Positions 1 through 12,000 of a stretch of 64,000 nt of DNA are shown one piece after another. The notes beneath the pieces are model-generated. The model did no database searches. It was not told the origin of the DNA and saw only the letters and a program-made list of their open reading frames with translations. The position numbers were made by a program, and so were the translations under genes. Positions within the stretch are counted from its first letter, which is position 1; each line of letters begins with the position of its first letter. Source of the stretch: Rotaria socialis (Eukaryota). The stretch is from positions 40,938 through 104,937 of the forward strand of contig CAJNYD010000007.1 in assembly GCA_905331295.1 (NCBI GenBank), read 5' to 3'.

Positions 1-1359
1 TACTGAAAAATCGAATATCTCTGTCCAGGTAAGCCATGGGCAGCTCATCTTTTAAATACGTTAGTTTCTCGATGAGAGTGATCATTTCCCCGGAACAAGG
101 TCAATTTTACTGCTTAACAGTTCCCAACCTTCCATTGTTAGTATTAAATATTGCTGTCGAAGATGAGCGTTAGATTTGCCGACTTGTTTTTACTCAAACA
201 GAACTCTTGATTTAACGAATGTTGAAGAATCTTTTGTTAATATTATATTGATTATAATTTACTAATTCTAATATTGTCTCTATTGATAAACTGCTTTTCA
301 GCTTTCGTGAATCAATGTGGTTATGATTATCAAATGGAACTTTGTCGCATATAAGTGAGTGTGGCCTTTATTTTTGTTTTTTTTATTTGTTTTTTTTTCA
401 TATGAAAATTGATTTCTGCCGCGAAATATCTTCAAAAAGAAAGTATTATTCTCTTTATTAATTAGTAATTTTTTGTTTAGATTTCGGGAGCAACGCCTTC
501 AAAGCAAATGATTGGCCTCTTCAATGGAATTTACTTGTTCTCTTTAAACCAAATTTAACAACGTGCTCAAACACGAATATTTCTTTAAGTAAGTGAAGCT
601 CTTCTGTAGTTTTATAGACGAACGTGAAAATACACCAGAAACAGAATTCTTGAGTAACTATGTCGTTGAATAATGCTATATTGATCCTACCAAACATGCA
701 AGATCTCATAAAGGTTTATATAAACATTATAACATTACGGAAGAAATCATACAATGATCTTCCTGTACCATTTCAGGAGGCTTTTTTTGACTTTTCAGTA
801 GACTCAGTAGATCGTCCTGAACATTTTTTACTTTTACAGAGAATCATACATTCATGTCTGATTAAGTCTTGATAAAATCCTAGAAGTTCATTAATGAGTT
901 TTCAACTTGCTTTGTTTTCCTGTGAATTAATTATTCTCTGTCTAAAGTACCTAATCCAAGTAATTCAATCAGAAGATTTCGCTGAATCCACTGTAAATTC
1001 CTTTTTTTTGACTTGCTAAATTTTGATATACCGATAGAAATGTCTCTTGCTTTTCTAGCTTCACTCCTCTTTAAATAAGTTTAAATCCGATTTCTCATAT
1101 TTCCAAATTTGGAGGCGATTAGTTACAAAACTTCAAATGAATATATAATAACAAACAAGCTTTTCTTTCAAATGTCGATAAATCCAGCAATCTCTCATTC
1201 GTCACTGCATATGCCCATCATTGATGACGAAAAGAATTTCTCTTTGCAGTCATTCGTCGAGCTCTGAAAGCAGCTGATGCTACTCTTGAGTTACTCTACA
1301 CACTACCGGGCAGCTTAATAATCACAATTGAGGTCCATCGTCCCTCTCATATAGCTTCT

Positions 1360-1671
1360 CATAAACCCTTGGGTCAGTTGAAGAGGTCTATCATCTCTCT
1401 CATATACCTTTTCCTAAACCGTTTTGACCATTCATAATCCCCATGAACGTTTCCAAGTGCATAGTCTGAGCTCGCACTTTGGGTATATAATTTTCATCAA
1501 ACCTTCATGGTCAGTTTTTGCAACTCATAAACCATATATTCATCCCTTTTTTTTAGGGTTTATGAAAGGGTTTATAACGCCTTAATCAACCCTTGAAAAG
1601 GGTTTGTGATACGTTGCACTTTCATAAACCCTTTTTTCGTTTTTTATTCTACGGATATTTTTTACAGTGTA
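1360..1671 (-). mobile_element. Probable terminus of a non-autonomous DNA transposon (CACTG-type end with subterminal repeats)
   Basis: The minus strand reads TA-CACTGTAAAAAATATCCGTAG from 1671. Several AAACCC(TT)/AGGGTTT motifs occur in both orientations at 1360-1635. No convincing matching other end was found. Confidence 0.35.
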
Positions 1672-3668
1672 TGATTTCACGAAAGGTGAAGATCATAGCA
1701 ATCGATACCAAAAGAACTGTCGAGTAATTTTTCACAATTGAATGTATAATTTGAAAACATATCCGTGAGGCGTTCATTAATCTCACATTTTGAAAGAAAG
1801 AGTCCATAAGAAGTCGAAGATTTAACAGAGATCATGTTGTTTTGAAAGGTTTTTGACGGACAGGAATCACGAGGGGAGCGCTTAGACAAGAATTTTGTAT
1901 AGCGCAAACATCAACTCTCTTACAGAATCTAATAGTGAGAAATCTATATGTATTTTAAACGTATGTAATGATTAGTTTTTCATGCACCTGATTATAATGA
2001 TGGATCCAAATAATTAACTAATGTGAACTCATCACTTTTTTTTATTGGTGAAGCTAAAGGATGTAGATTGATAATAAAAATCTCAAAGCAAATACGTACA
2101 TCTTCCCTCAGACTCAACACTGGAAAATAATATTTCTATGATGATAGCACCTTCAGAAACAATTTGAACTTCTTTGGAACCAAATATTAATTTTCATGCG
2201 CCTTTCGCCAAACTTTGTAAAAAGCTTTCGTTCACAATGTGCATGAAATTTAACGAAATCAAACGTCACTGATCAGTTTCTATGCAAGTCGGATGTGGAT
2301 TATGCAGACTGGCTGTTGTATCATAATGTGGATCGGTTGAAATTTGAATATGTTTCTGGTGATGTGGTATGTACTGGCGTTGCAGCAGTCATAAAAACGT
2401 TTATCAGAATATATAGTATCGTCCTTGGATATATAGGAAATATATAGGACTCTAGTTTCTTCGTCAAAAAGCATTGAGACACATTAAAAGTATTACTATA
2501 GCATCGCAGATGATAATGGTTTTTTTTACATATAAACACTGATATGAATATTAATATCATTGAAGTTTATAAAGAATTAGAGACCAGTAGTTTCTGCAGA
2601 AATAACTGACGTTAGTTATTTTATATCATGAGTAATTTTGGTTGATAGCATGAGAAAAACTGGAGATCTTTCGATTCTTCCATTATTTACCTATTGTCGT
2701 CATAATCGAAATTAGCTTTGTTTTATTGACAAGCTCACGAAATTAGTAATTAAGTGGAATTATGATCTCAATCTATGAGGTCATATTAAGGTACTAGACA
2801 TGTTTCTAAACAGACAAGTTCTTTTTTACACCGAATATATTATTGAGATCACATAAGTTACAAAGTCACTTCTATCAAAATGCAAACATTTTTCCAAATC
2901 CTTTTGACCCCATTGAGTATCGGCCAAGGTTATAGAGTATACATGATTACTCTAGGACGTTGAGTGAATAATTTAAAACTGTTTTGTAAACTAAATTAGA
3001 GATCCCTGATTTGTTGCAAAAAAGAATGAATTTTTGATCAACTATATTCTGACTGCATTGATGAAAGAACTGCTCGGATTATAGCAAATATTTACAAATC
3101 GAAGAAAGATAAAACCACAGACTTCCAAAATCATAACATAAAAGATAATAAGCTTCTTTAGCTGGAAGTTCAAAGGAGGTGTTAGGGCGTAACCAAAACA
3201 GCAAAATATTTTTATCCTAGATGTCTACAAAAGCGAAAAACTTGATTCGCTACATGTGTCCTCACAATTGAAGACAATTTTTCTCCAGATTCGAAGAGAA
3301 CTACAACTAAGTACAGTTAAATTGAAAAAAAAAATAAAGTTATTTCGACTGTTGGAAAATCGATCGATTATCGAAAATGTTTAATAAGGTGAGAGAAAAT
3401 TCAAAACTTCAAGAGTTTTTATCTTATACCACATGACTTATTCACTATAGTAAAACGGGCATTTTTTTCCTAGTTAGGATTATATTATTGCATTTGATGC
3501 TTCCAAATTAGATGCTTTCACTAATCGATTCTGTTACTAATAGACTTTCTCATGTGATACTAGCAGATTAGCAAAGCTTTCTAGAGAGTTCTCTTCATAC
3601 TGTCCATGTCATGTTTCTAACACTACCATTTGTGAGAGATATTTCCTTTGTTTTTTGTTTTCTTGTAG

Positions 3669-4579
3669 TTAATATTCCTGCTAATGCCACATGGATACAG
3701 AACGGAATGACTGTTGCTGGAAGTAACGGGAAAGGCATTGGTACTAATCAAGTCAACGAGCCTTATGGTCTCTTCCTTGATGATCAGCAAACAGTAGTTA
3801 TTGCTGATCAAATGAATCATCGTATCACCCAATGGAAGAACGATAATAAAAATAATGAACAAGTTATTGCTGGTGACAATGGCGACAGAAGTGCATTGAA
3901 TCAATTGAATCAACCAACCGATGTATTAATTGACAAAGAGACGGATAGTCTCATTATTTGTGATCACGGGAATCGGCGAGTTGTACAATGGTCTTGTCGT
4001 AGTGGTACAGCACAAGGAGAAATATTCGTCGACAGCATCGATTGTTGGGGATTGGCTATGGATGAGCAGAGATATCTCTACGTCTCTGACGTTGGAAAAG
4101 AGTCAGTAAGGCGATATTAAATGGGTGAGAAGAATGACACTGTCGTGGCTGGCGGAAATGAAAACGGTGCTAGTCTCAATCAACTCAACCGGCCGACTTA
4201 TCTCTCTGTCGATCGACAACAGAATGTCTACGTATCAGATCACCACAATCATCGTATAATGAAATGAACTAAAGGTGCAAAAGAAGGCATTGTGGTCGCT
4301 GGAGATCAAGGCACAGGGACTGCTCTGACACAATTGTCGTATCCTTATGGACTCTTCAACGATACGTTGTATACTCTCTATGTAGCAGACTCATGGAATC
4401 ATCGTGTAATACGTTGGATTCAGGGAGTTAAACAAGGTACTGTAATTGTGGGTGGAAATGGCGCGGGAGCAGGAGCAAATCAGTTCAGTGTCCCAGTTGC
4501 TTTGTCTTTCGATCGACATGGTAATCTCTATGTCGTTGATCATGATAATAATCGTATTCAACGATTTTCTATCGAATAG
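3669..4579 (+). pseudogene. NHL-repeat (beta-propeller) protein pseudogene
   Basis: One reading frame of NHL repeats (W.QNG.TVAG, LNQPTDV, YVSDHHNHRI, YVADSWNHRV, YVVDHDNNRIQRF) follows a splice acceptor at 3667-3668. It is interrupted by in-frame TAA at 4118-4120 and TGA at 4265-4267. The upstream exon was not resolved. Confidence 0.85.
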
Positions 4580-6059
4580 ATTTGTGAGTTGTTTTCTTTG
4601 TTCGTTTCTTTTTCTACTTTGAAATAATTGAAAAAAATTTCGTTGCTTTTTTTATTATTCTTTAAGTGAGACAGTTCACACTCTCAAGATGATATTGATT
4701 GATTCAAATTCATTGTGATGAACTAAAACGAAACAAAAAATTATTTGAATTTAAAGAATTAATGAAGCAAAAAGAAAAAACGTTAACTTTTGTTCATTGG
4801 TTTGATTCAAATTGAATTGAAAAAAGAACAAGAAAATTTGTATTACTATTAATATTCGGGCGCGCGTGTGTTCATCAAATCCAGGCGTAGATTTCATATA
4901 GTGCATATACTTAACTCTATGCAGCTAATGAACTTTAGTGCTGGCAATTTCCTGTGCTGTGGATGAGTTTTTCGTGATTTATATAGATTCACTCAATTTA
5001 CATGAATGATCTAATAAATGATGAAACTAATCGTAAATCATTGACTTTCCCCCAAAATATTTCTTCTCAAAGTATCTGAATCTATTGAATCTTTTATTAA
5101 AATAATATTAATTTTCGTTGTGTTATGCGAAATATATATTTTACAGACCAATGCTAATTATAATCGATATATGATGTAAATAGTCATCGAAATCACAAAA
5201 ATAATCTTGATAGCGATTTCAGTTATTCATTGTAGAAATAATTTTTAAATTTCTCAAATATAAAAACACCTTTTATCTGCAGTACAGTCAATAGACGAAG
5301 AAGAAATCGTTATGTTCTGTTTGGAATTAAATAATACATATGATTTATCATCAGTCACCATTGCGAAAAACAAGTCTTAAAAAAAATCAATGATCCAAAA
5401 TCATAATCAACATGAAAATAAATCTCATAAAGCCTAAGTCTTTTTAATAGACTATCTAGTTGATACTAATTATTTATCGAAAAAATTCTCGAAGGCCTCA
5501 TTACAAGCCAAAAGATTTCATCGGTCTTGTTTCAAACTATGAATTATCACGAGTCTATGGATCAGACGTAGTATTTTGCATGATTCTCAGCTATATCCTT
5601 TCAGTAGACGGTTATGTTGCATTACTTGTAAGAATAATCTCTTTTGGTTTTGAAAATGCTTCTAATCATTACATTGTGTCAATACTTAAAAAGCTTCTTG
5701 TCTCTAGTCCCACGAACAAAATTCGAATTTCAAGAGCTAACTATGTGGTACATCGAATAGACTTTCAAGTGGTAAAAAAACGTTAGCTCAGATAAACTTT
5801 ATTTTCGTCGTTATATCTATTGACACTTGTTATATGTTGTTTCGTATCAATAAATAGCTACATAATTTCACTTACATTTTTTCATCAAGCGTGAATCATA
5901 TATATTTATTTATTTTGTGTTAGTGATAATTATAAAAGATATGCATTTATTTGTATTAAAAATTAAAAAAGAAAAAAAAACTCGTCTACAGTAAAAAAAG
6001 AAAAGGTCAAACCAATGCTAAAAAAAGAAGAATGAAGAGGAATGTCACAGAGAAAAAAC

Positions 6060-7388
6060 TTAAATAATACCAGGAATAAATGCATATGGTACTCGATCAC
6101 AATAAGTTTTCCAATCTTTACTATATTTTGCTTTACATCGAGCTACATCACGTGTATAACGATGAACAATCATACCAAAGAAGAATGCTGGATAAAAGTA
6201 AGGTAAAACACCTGGCCATTGATGACATGACAATGCCCAACATGTTGCCATACAAATATCAGCTGTATAATGTGGTTTACGGCAGTATTTCCACCAACCA
6301 TCGATTAATAATGTTGAACCACATTCTGTTTTTAAATATTTCGGATTTTTTAATGTATTCCATGGAACTTGTGGAAATGCACTGCGTGGTACATATGTTC
6401 CACGTTGTTGCATACGGAAACGATTTTTTTGTGCTTGAGATGAATCCCATATGTAATAAGCAAGAACAAGTATAACAAATAATACCATAATTAATGTCAT
6501 CGATATACCTTCTGTTGGGTTTTGTGTTCGCAAGGAATTAACAAGAATATAATTAGCTTGAAATGCATAAACAAATGGTACACCAGCTAAATTCCAATAG
6601 ATTAACATCCAACCCCATTTTTCATAAAAGATATCCCAAGTAGTTGGTATACATTCTTCACCTTTCATACAAGCATTTATATAGAGTAATTGAGCTGTTA
6701 AAATAAATATCATTGGCCATGTAACAGAATGAAATGCTTCATATTGTTTTAATGCGGCAGAAACAATCAAAAGAAATAATAAAAGCCATGATAAACGTAC
6801 TTCAGCTAACATTTTCAGATCAACATCTTGTCCTAAAATTCGAATACGTGGATTTAACCAAACTCCCATAAAAAAATCATAAATAGGTGAATGTGTCATT
6901 CGACATGTTTTTTTGCTTTGTATAGCATAGAAATGTATAATGAATGATAGAATATCACTACATATGACAGCAACACACAGTACTGAACCAAATTGATCGG
7001 CTAGTATCGTTAATCGAAATATACCAGTGAAATGAAGTACAGCAAGAAGTATTAATGTAACATACCAACTAGCTAATGCATTACAATTATACTCATATTG
7101 TCGATTATTTTCTGTCGGTACAGGTAAACCTTTGATTCTTAATCCAGGTAGAATAGCAGCAAAAATAAGTTGTAAAAGACAAAATCCAGTATAAATAAAG
7201 AATGCTGACCATGTTGGTGAACATGTTTCTTTAAAATTTTGAATCAGTTCATCGAATGATGATGGACAATAGAGACCACCTGAACTATATCGAAGTGATA
7301 AAGTAAAATAAAATGGTACAAAATGAGAAAATAAGATTAAACCAATAGCTCCTGTTGTACCACCAAATTCCTTTTCTTCTTTACCCAT
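6060..7388 (-). CDS. ERG4: ERG4/ERG24-family sterol reductase, ERG4-type (delta24(28)-sterol reductase-like), 442 aa, intronless CDS
   Basis: Multi-pass membrane protein with EFGG, DFFMG..LNPRI, DLKM..EVRL.W, NAC.KGEE.I..TWD..YEKWG.MLI.WN.AGVP, QKN.FR, GWW...RK.HY and RD...C..KY..DW..YC..VPY.FIP. These match fungal ERG4 better than animal DHCR7 or LBR/TM7SF2. Probable 5'UTR intron at 7408-7482. Confidence 0.85.
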   Translation of the reverse strand: MGKEEKEFGGTTGAIGLILFSHFVPFYFTLSLRYSSGGLYCPSSFDELIQNFKETCSPTWSAFFIYTGFCLLQLIFAAILPGLRIKGLPVPTENNRQYEYNCNALASWYVTLILLAVLHFTGIFRLTILADQFGSVLCVAVICSDILSFIIHFYAIQSKKTCRMTHSPIYDFFMGVWLNPRIRILGQDVDLKMLAEVRLSWLLLFLLIVSAALKQYEAFHSVTWPMIFILTAQLLYINACMKGEECIPTTWDIFYEKWGWMLIYWNLAGVPFVYAFQANYILVNSLRTQNPTEGISMTLIMVLFVILVLAYYIWDSSQAQKNRFRMQQRGTYVPRSAFPQVPWNTLKNPKYLKTECGSTLLIDGWWKYCRKPHYTADICMATCWALSCHQWPGVLPYFYPAFFFGMIVHRYTRDVARCKAKYSKDWKTYCDRVPYAFIPGII

Positions 7389-9003
7389 CTTTGATAATGA
7401 GCTGTATCTGAAAAGTATAAAGATTTATGCAAATAAAAATCGAAAGACATATTTCAAGAACATTTTATACTATCTTGCTTACTGGCCGATAAGCACACAT
7501 ATAATTCCTTAACTTATGATAGCTTCAGTAAACAATGTTATCGTTGCCAAGGCATCGACAATCAAATATATTTTCATCGAAAAACATATGAAAATATTCT
7601 TAAAAAGATCAATTATTATCAATTAATTCTGTCAAGGTTCTCTTTCATTAACACCTACTGTCATCTATCTTGATTCTATTGGTTGAGACTTTTCTCGTGT
7701 GACATTTACTTACTCAATCGGTTCTGTTCCTATTCGCTGCGTTTGATGATACTGCAGATTTTTTCTAGTAAAATGGGCGATTGTTTGTCGTATGACTATT
7801 ATTCAACAATATTTTTCATTAGGAGAGTAATGAAAGATTTTTATCAATTGATATTGGCAGTAGACTTCGTATTGACATTATATTTTACCTTCGATTATGT
7901 AGCATATTCACATGACAGGACACGTATTGAAAGAGCGATTATCTCGTAAAGAATAATTTCTCTCTCAAGAAAAAAAACGATAGCATATTCTTCGTCAGCA
8001 TTAAATTCCAATACAGAAATAAGGCTCGCTTGTTTCTTACAAACAACAACTCTTATTTATTTTCTAGCGGACTGTCGATGGATTCTTATATTCGTCTAAT
8101 TTTATTAGTAGTTATCTCAGTTGAATTTTTCTTACTGACTTCATATTCAGAAAATGATATGAGAAATGTCAACAGTGTGTGTATTTGACTCATTGGTTAG
8201 AAATTTCTTCGCTGAATAATAGCAGATTACGTTACTTTGAGGTTCTTTTTGTCTATGAGTTGAATCATTCACAAAGTTACAACATCGATGCATAGAAAAC
8301 TAGTACTGCTTATTGAAAAGGATTCATTCTACTCAAAGTCTATTGCTGATCGTGAGTATCTATATAGAGTTCGTTTTCGAAAATGTTCTTGCAAAAAACA
8401 AGCGACTTCATCGACAGTGATCTGCTCCTTGTGATTTTAGTAAATTAGGAAGTTTGTTTTATCGGTTGGATACTTGCTATTCGCAAGCTTCTAAACGGTA
8501 TGACATCCTAGTTGTGTTAAAAATATTGTCGTATTTAGTAGTCAAAAATAAAAAAGTGTCATACACCCCTCAGAGGTTCTGTCTATTCAACTATAATTAT
8601 TTGAACTATTCTCATAGCAACTTACTTTTACATGAAAAAATCGACCAATAAATATGTTATCGACTCTTTTTTTTTTCTTTTTCTTACGTGCGAAAAAGAA
8701 ACGATAAAATGCATCATATTTTTGTCTTACATGTTATTGCAAGAAAAGGTATGCTTCAAAAATAGACTTTAAGATCAGTAGCCGAGAGGTGATTACACTA
8801 TAGTCGATAGAAAAGTGTAGAATGTCCTACATTGAAAGTTTACGGCTGTCTGTACTCTTTTTGAAATAATAATTTCTCGTTTTTGTTATAGTAAGCGTCT
8901 AACAAAAATACTGTTGGTGGGTTTCTATGATAGTAATCAAAATTATTTATTTTAGATTTGCTTTTTTGCTAACTATGCGTGTCATTGAATATTGGTAGAT
9001 ATA

Positions 9004-12000
9004 ATGAGTGTATGCCGACAAATACGTCTAGTGTTATGGAAAAATTTCACCATACGCCGAAGGCGATGGGTTTGTTAGATAATTGAGATTGAAAAAAAAA
9101 GACTACTGTTTGCTCTAATTTAGCCACGTGTAATCTTCGAATTAATATGGCCACTATTTTTATTCCTTATTCTTATGTGGGTGCGAACACGAAATTTAAT
9201 TTTTTATTATGATGCCTGTAAGTAGATTTTTATTGACAACTATAGTTTTGAAAGCAATCACTTTCTAGGTCATAATGATGCGAAATATTTGGGATCAGCT
9301 GGCATTATACCGGCCTTTCAAACATATGTTTGCCGATGGAATAATACATGTCATAGTTTTCCTAATCCCACTGATCAATTCAACATTTTATCCAATGATA
9401 TCCCGTTCGTATTTTTTATATCGTTTCTTTTTTCTAATTTGTTTTTCTCTTCTCAGAAACTTATTCAACCGGTATGCAAGTATAGCTGATAACCTTCTAA
9501 AGATATCAAATAATCAACAAGTCATGAGTAATATAAGCCAACTTGTATTCGAATTGAACAATATTACTAGTTTGCTAAATAATAGTTGGACTGGTACGAT
9601 TAGTCGATAAGAAAAAAGGAAAAAAAATCTCATTAATAATTTTTTTCTTTTCTAAAAGTTATTCGGGTGAATAAGACAACGAGCGATTTTAATCAATCAA
9701 TACCAATAGCAACGACCAATATACTGTTTTCAAATCCTATTAATCTATCAAATCTTCATCAACCATGGTTGATGAATAGAACAAATTCATTAACGAATTT
9801 AAATGTTGCTTCTGAAATTTTTCTGGCTTCTCTACAACCAAATTACACCTATGTAAGTATAGGAAAGTAAATATTGTTTTACTTTATAAAAAAATTCAAT
9901 ATTTTGTCTAGTCATATCAATCAGCAATAAATATTCAAAAATCATTTTGCATTGACGGACAATTCAATCAAACATTTTTAATTAATCAAGGACAATCCAT
10001 GGATGCAAAAGATTTTCTATGCAACAATTTATCAACAACCGATTTGAAAAGCTTTTTAATTAGTCTACAAATACAACTCGATCAAGTATTTTTGGTATGA
10101 TAAATGTTTTAAATAAATATTTTTTTGTGTTAAATTGTACTTATTTAGAATGATGTACAGTTAAATTTGATGAATACTAATATTCTTAGTCAACAGGTAA
10201 CTATTTCAATTAAGCTTAGACACATTGAAATATTTATTTATTAAGAGCATCGAAGCTGCCCAAAGCATTTTTTCTCAATTGCAGACTCTCAATGCTAGCT
10301 TATCACTTTCGGGATTTAATAGCAGTTTTAGGTAACATTTTAACTTTTTATAGAAATAGCTTTTCGATCAAATTTCATTTCAGTTTGGCAACATTATGTG
10401 GTGGACGCAATGATATTTCACAACTTGTGAGTGTAAACGTATCTACAACTAGCAAACAAACAGGTGATTTATTGAACAGTACAGCAACACAACGAAGTTC
10501 ATTATATAACGGAACAATCGCGAGTATTGATTGGAATGAATTGGCATCAGAGTTACTTAATTATACTGAAAATGATATGTGTAATCAATCATATGTAGTT
10601 GGTACCGGTAATATCAAAAAAACGATTACCGTCAATCGTACATGTCGTTGTGTTACATTTGATCAACTATTTAATTCAAATAAAAATCTACAGCTATTCG
10701 GTCGTCTTCTACGTCCACTGCAATACGGAAAAATTTATTATTATCCATCAAATATTTATTATGATAATATAATCAAACAAATTAATCAAACATTTGAATC
10801 ATTAGATGAAGTAATAAAATTACTTCGACAAATGCGATCGCCTATGCAAACAGCCTATGCAGCACTGGCAACGCTATGTAATTTATCGTCGAATGCGTTA
10901 CCTTTATGTCAACTGTTAAATTCCTATGAAACACCATTATCTTTATTTACAATCATAACTGAGTTTATGGCCTGTACAGATAGAAATCGTTTCGTTCTGA
11001 TGAGCAGTGAATCACAGTTGGTGAGTGATGGAAAAACAAATTCGTTCACAGATACATTTCTTGCTGGAATTGTATTTCTTGATGAATTATCAAACGGTGA
11101 TAGTTTTCCAAAACATGTTAGATATAAAATACGAATGGTACGTGATTATGTTGATAATACATTTAGTACGGAAGATCGGTAAATTAAAGAGGATAAAAAA
11201 TGAAATCTTGATTTATTATTTTGATTTATATTAAATAGATATTTTACCTTTGCGCCTCGTTATTCGGCCCCGTCTTCCACTAAATATCATTCATTTACTT
11301 TTATTTATTTACAAAATGCTCTCGATCGTGCAATTATAAGTAAACAAACAGGAATGAATATATCATATGGAGTACAAACTCAACAAATGCCCTATCCATG
11401 TTGGATTAATGACAAGTAATATTAGAAGATTTTAATGAATCGTACAGAAAAAAATAGCTCATCAATGAGTTTTAATTAAATTTTTAGATTTGTCAATTCC
11501 ATTAGACAAATGTTACCGTTATTCATGGTATTAAGTTGGATTTTTACTGTATCAATGAATGTCAAGGATATTGTTTATGAAAAGGAACGGTAAGAAGAGA
11601 ACAGTGAAATATCGAATAATGTTTTGATCACCTTCTATTGATTATTATCTTGATATTTATTTAGGCGATTAAAAGAAATCATGAGAATTATGGGTTTGAA
11701 CGATTCTGTTCATTGGTTCACATGGTTTGTTTTATGTACAGCTGTCATGGTAACAATAGCACTATTACTTGTCATTATTTTGAAGGTAAATAGATCAATT
11801 GCCTTTTGTTTTCCGTTGTGCGAATAATATAATAGGAAAGCTATCCGGAAAATTCAGGTCAATCAAACTATTATTTTTTTCTACTTTGTTTTAGTTAGGA
11901 AAAATAACTCAATTTTCCAGTTTTATAGTATTGTTGCTGTTCTTCGTTTGTTATACATTTGCAACAATCAATCAATGTTTTCTCATAAGTGTCTTTTTCA

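Noticed and set aside
521..2560. Short ORFs at the window start as a possible transposase
   Set aside because: No recognisable motifs or consistent splice structure. May be decayed coding DNA, but I cannot support a call.
4118..4267. Stop-codon reassignment or readthrough in the NHL gene
   Set aside because: The two stops are of different types (TAA and TGA), and all other genes here use the standard code with TAA/TAG/TGA as terminators.
5460..5786. 108-aa ORF
   Set aside because: Non-ATG start and no recognisable domain or exon context.
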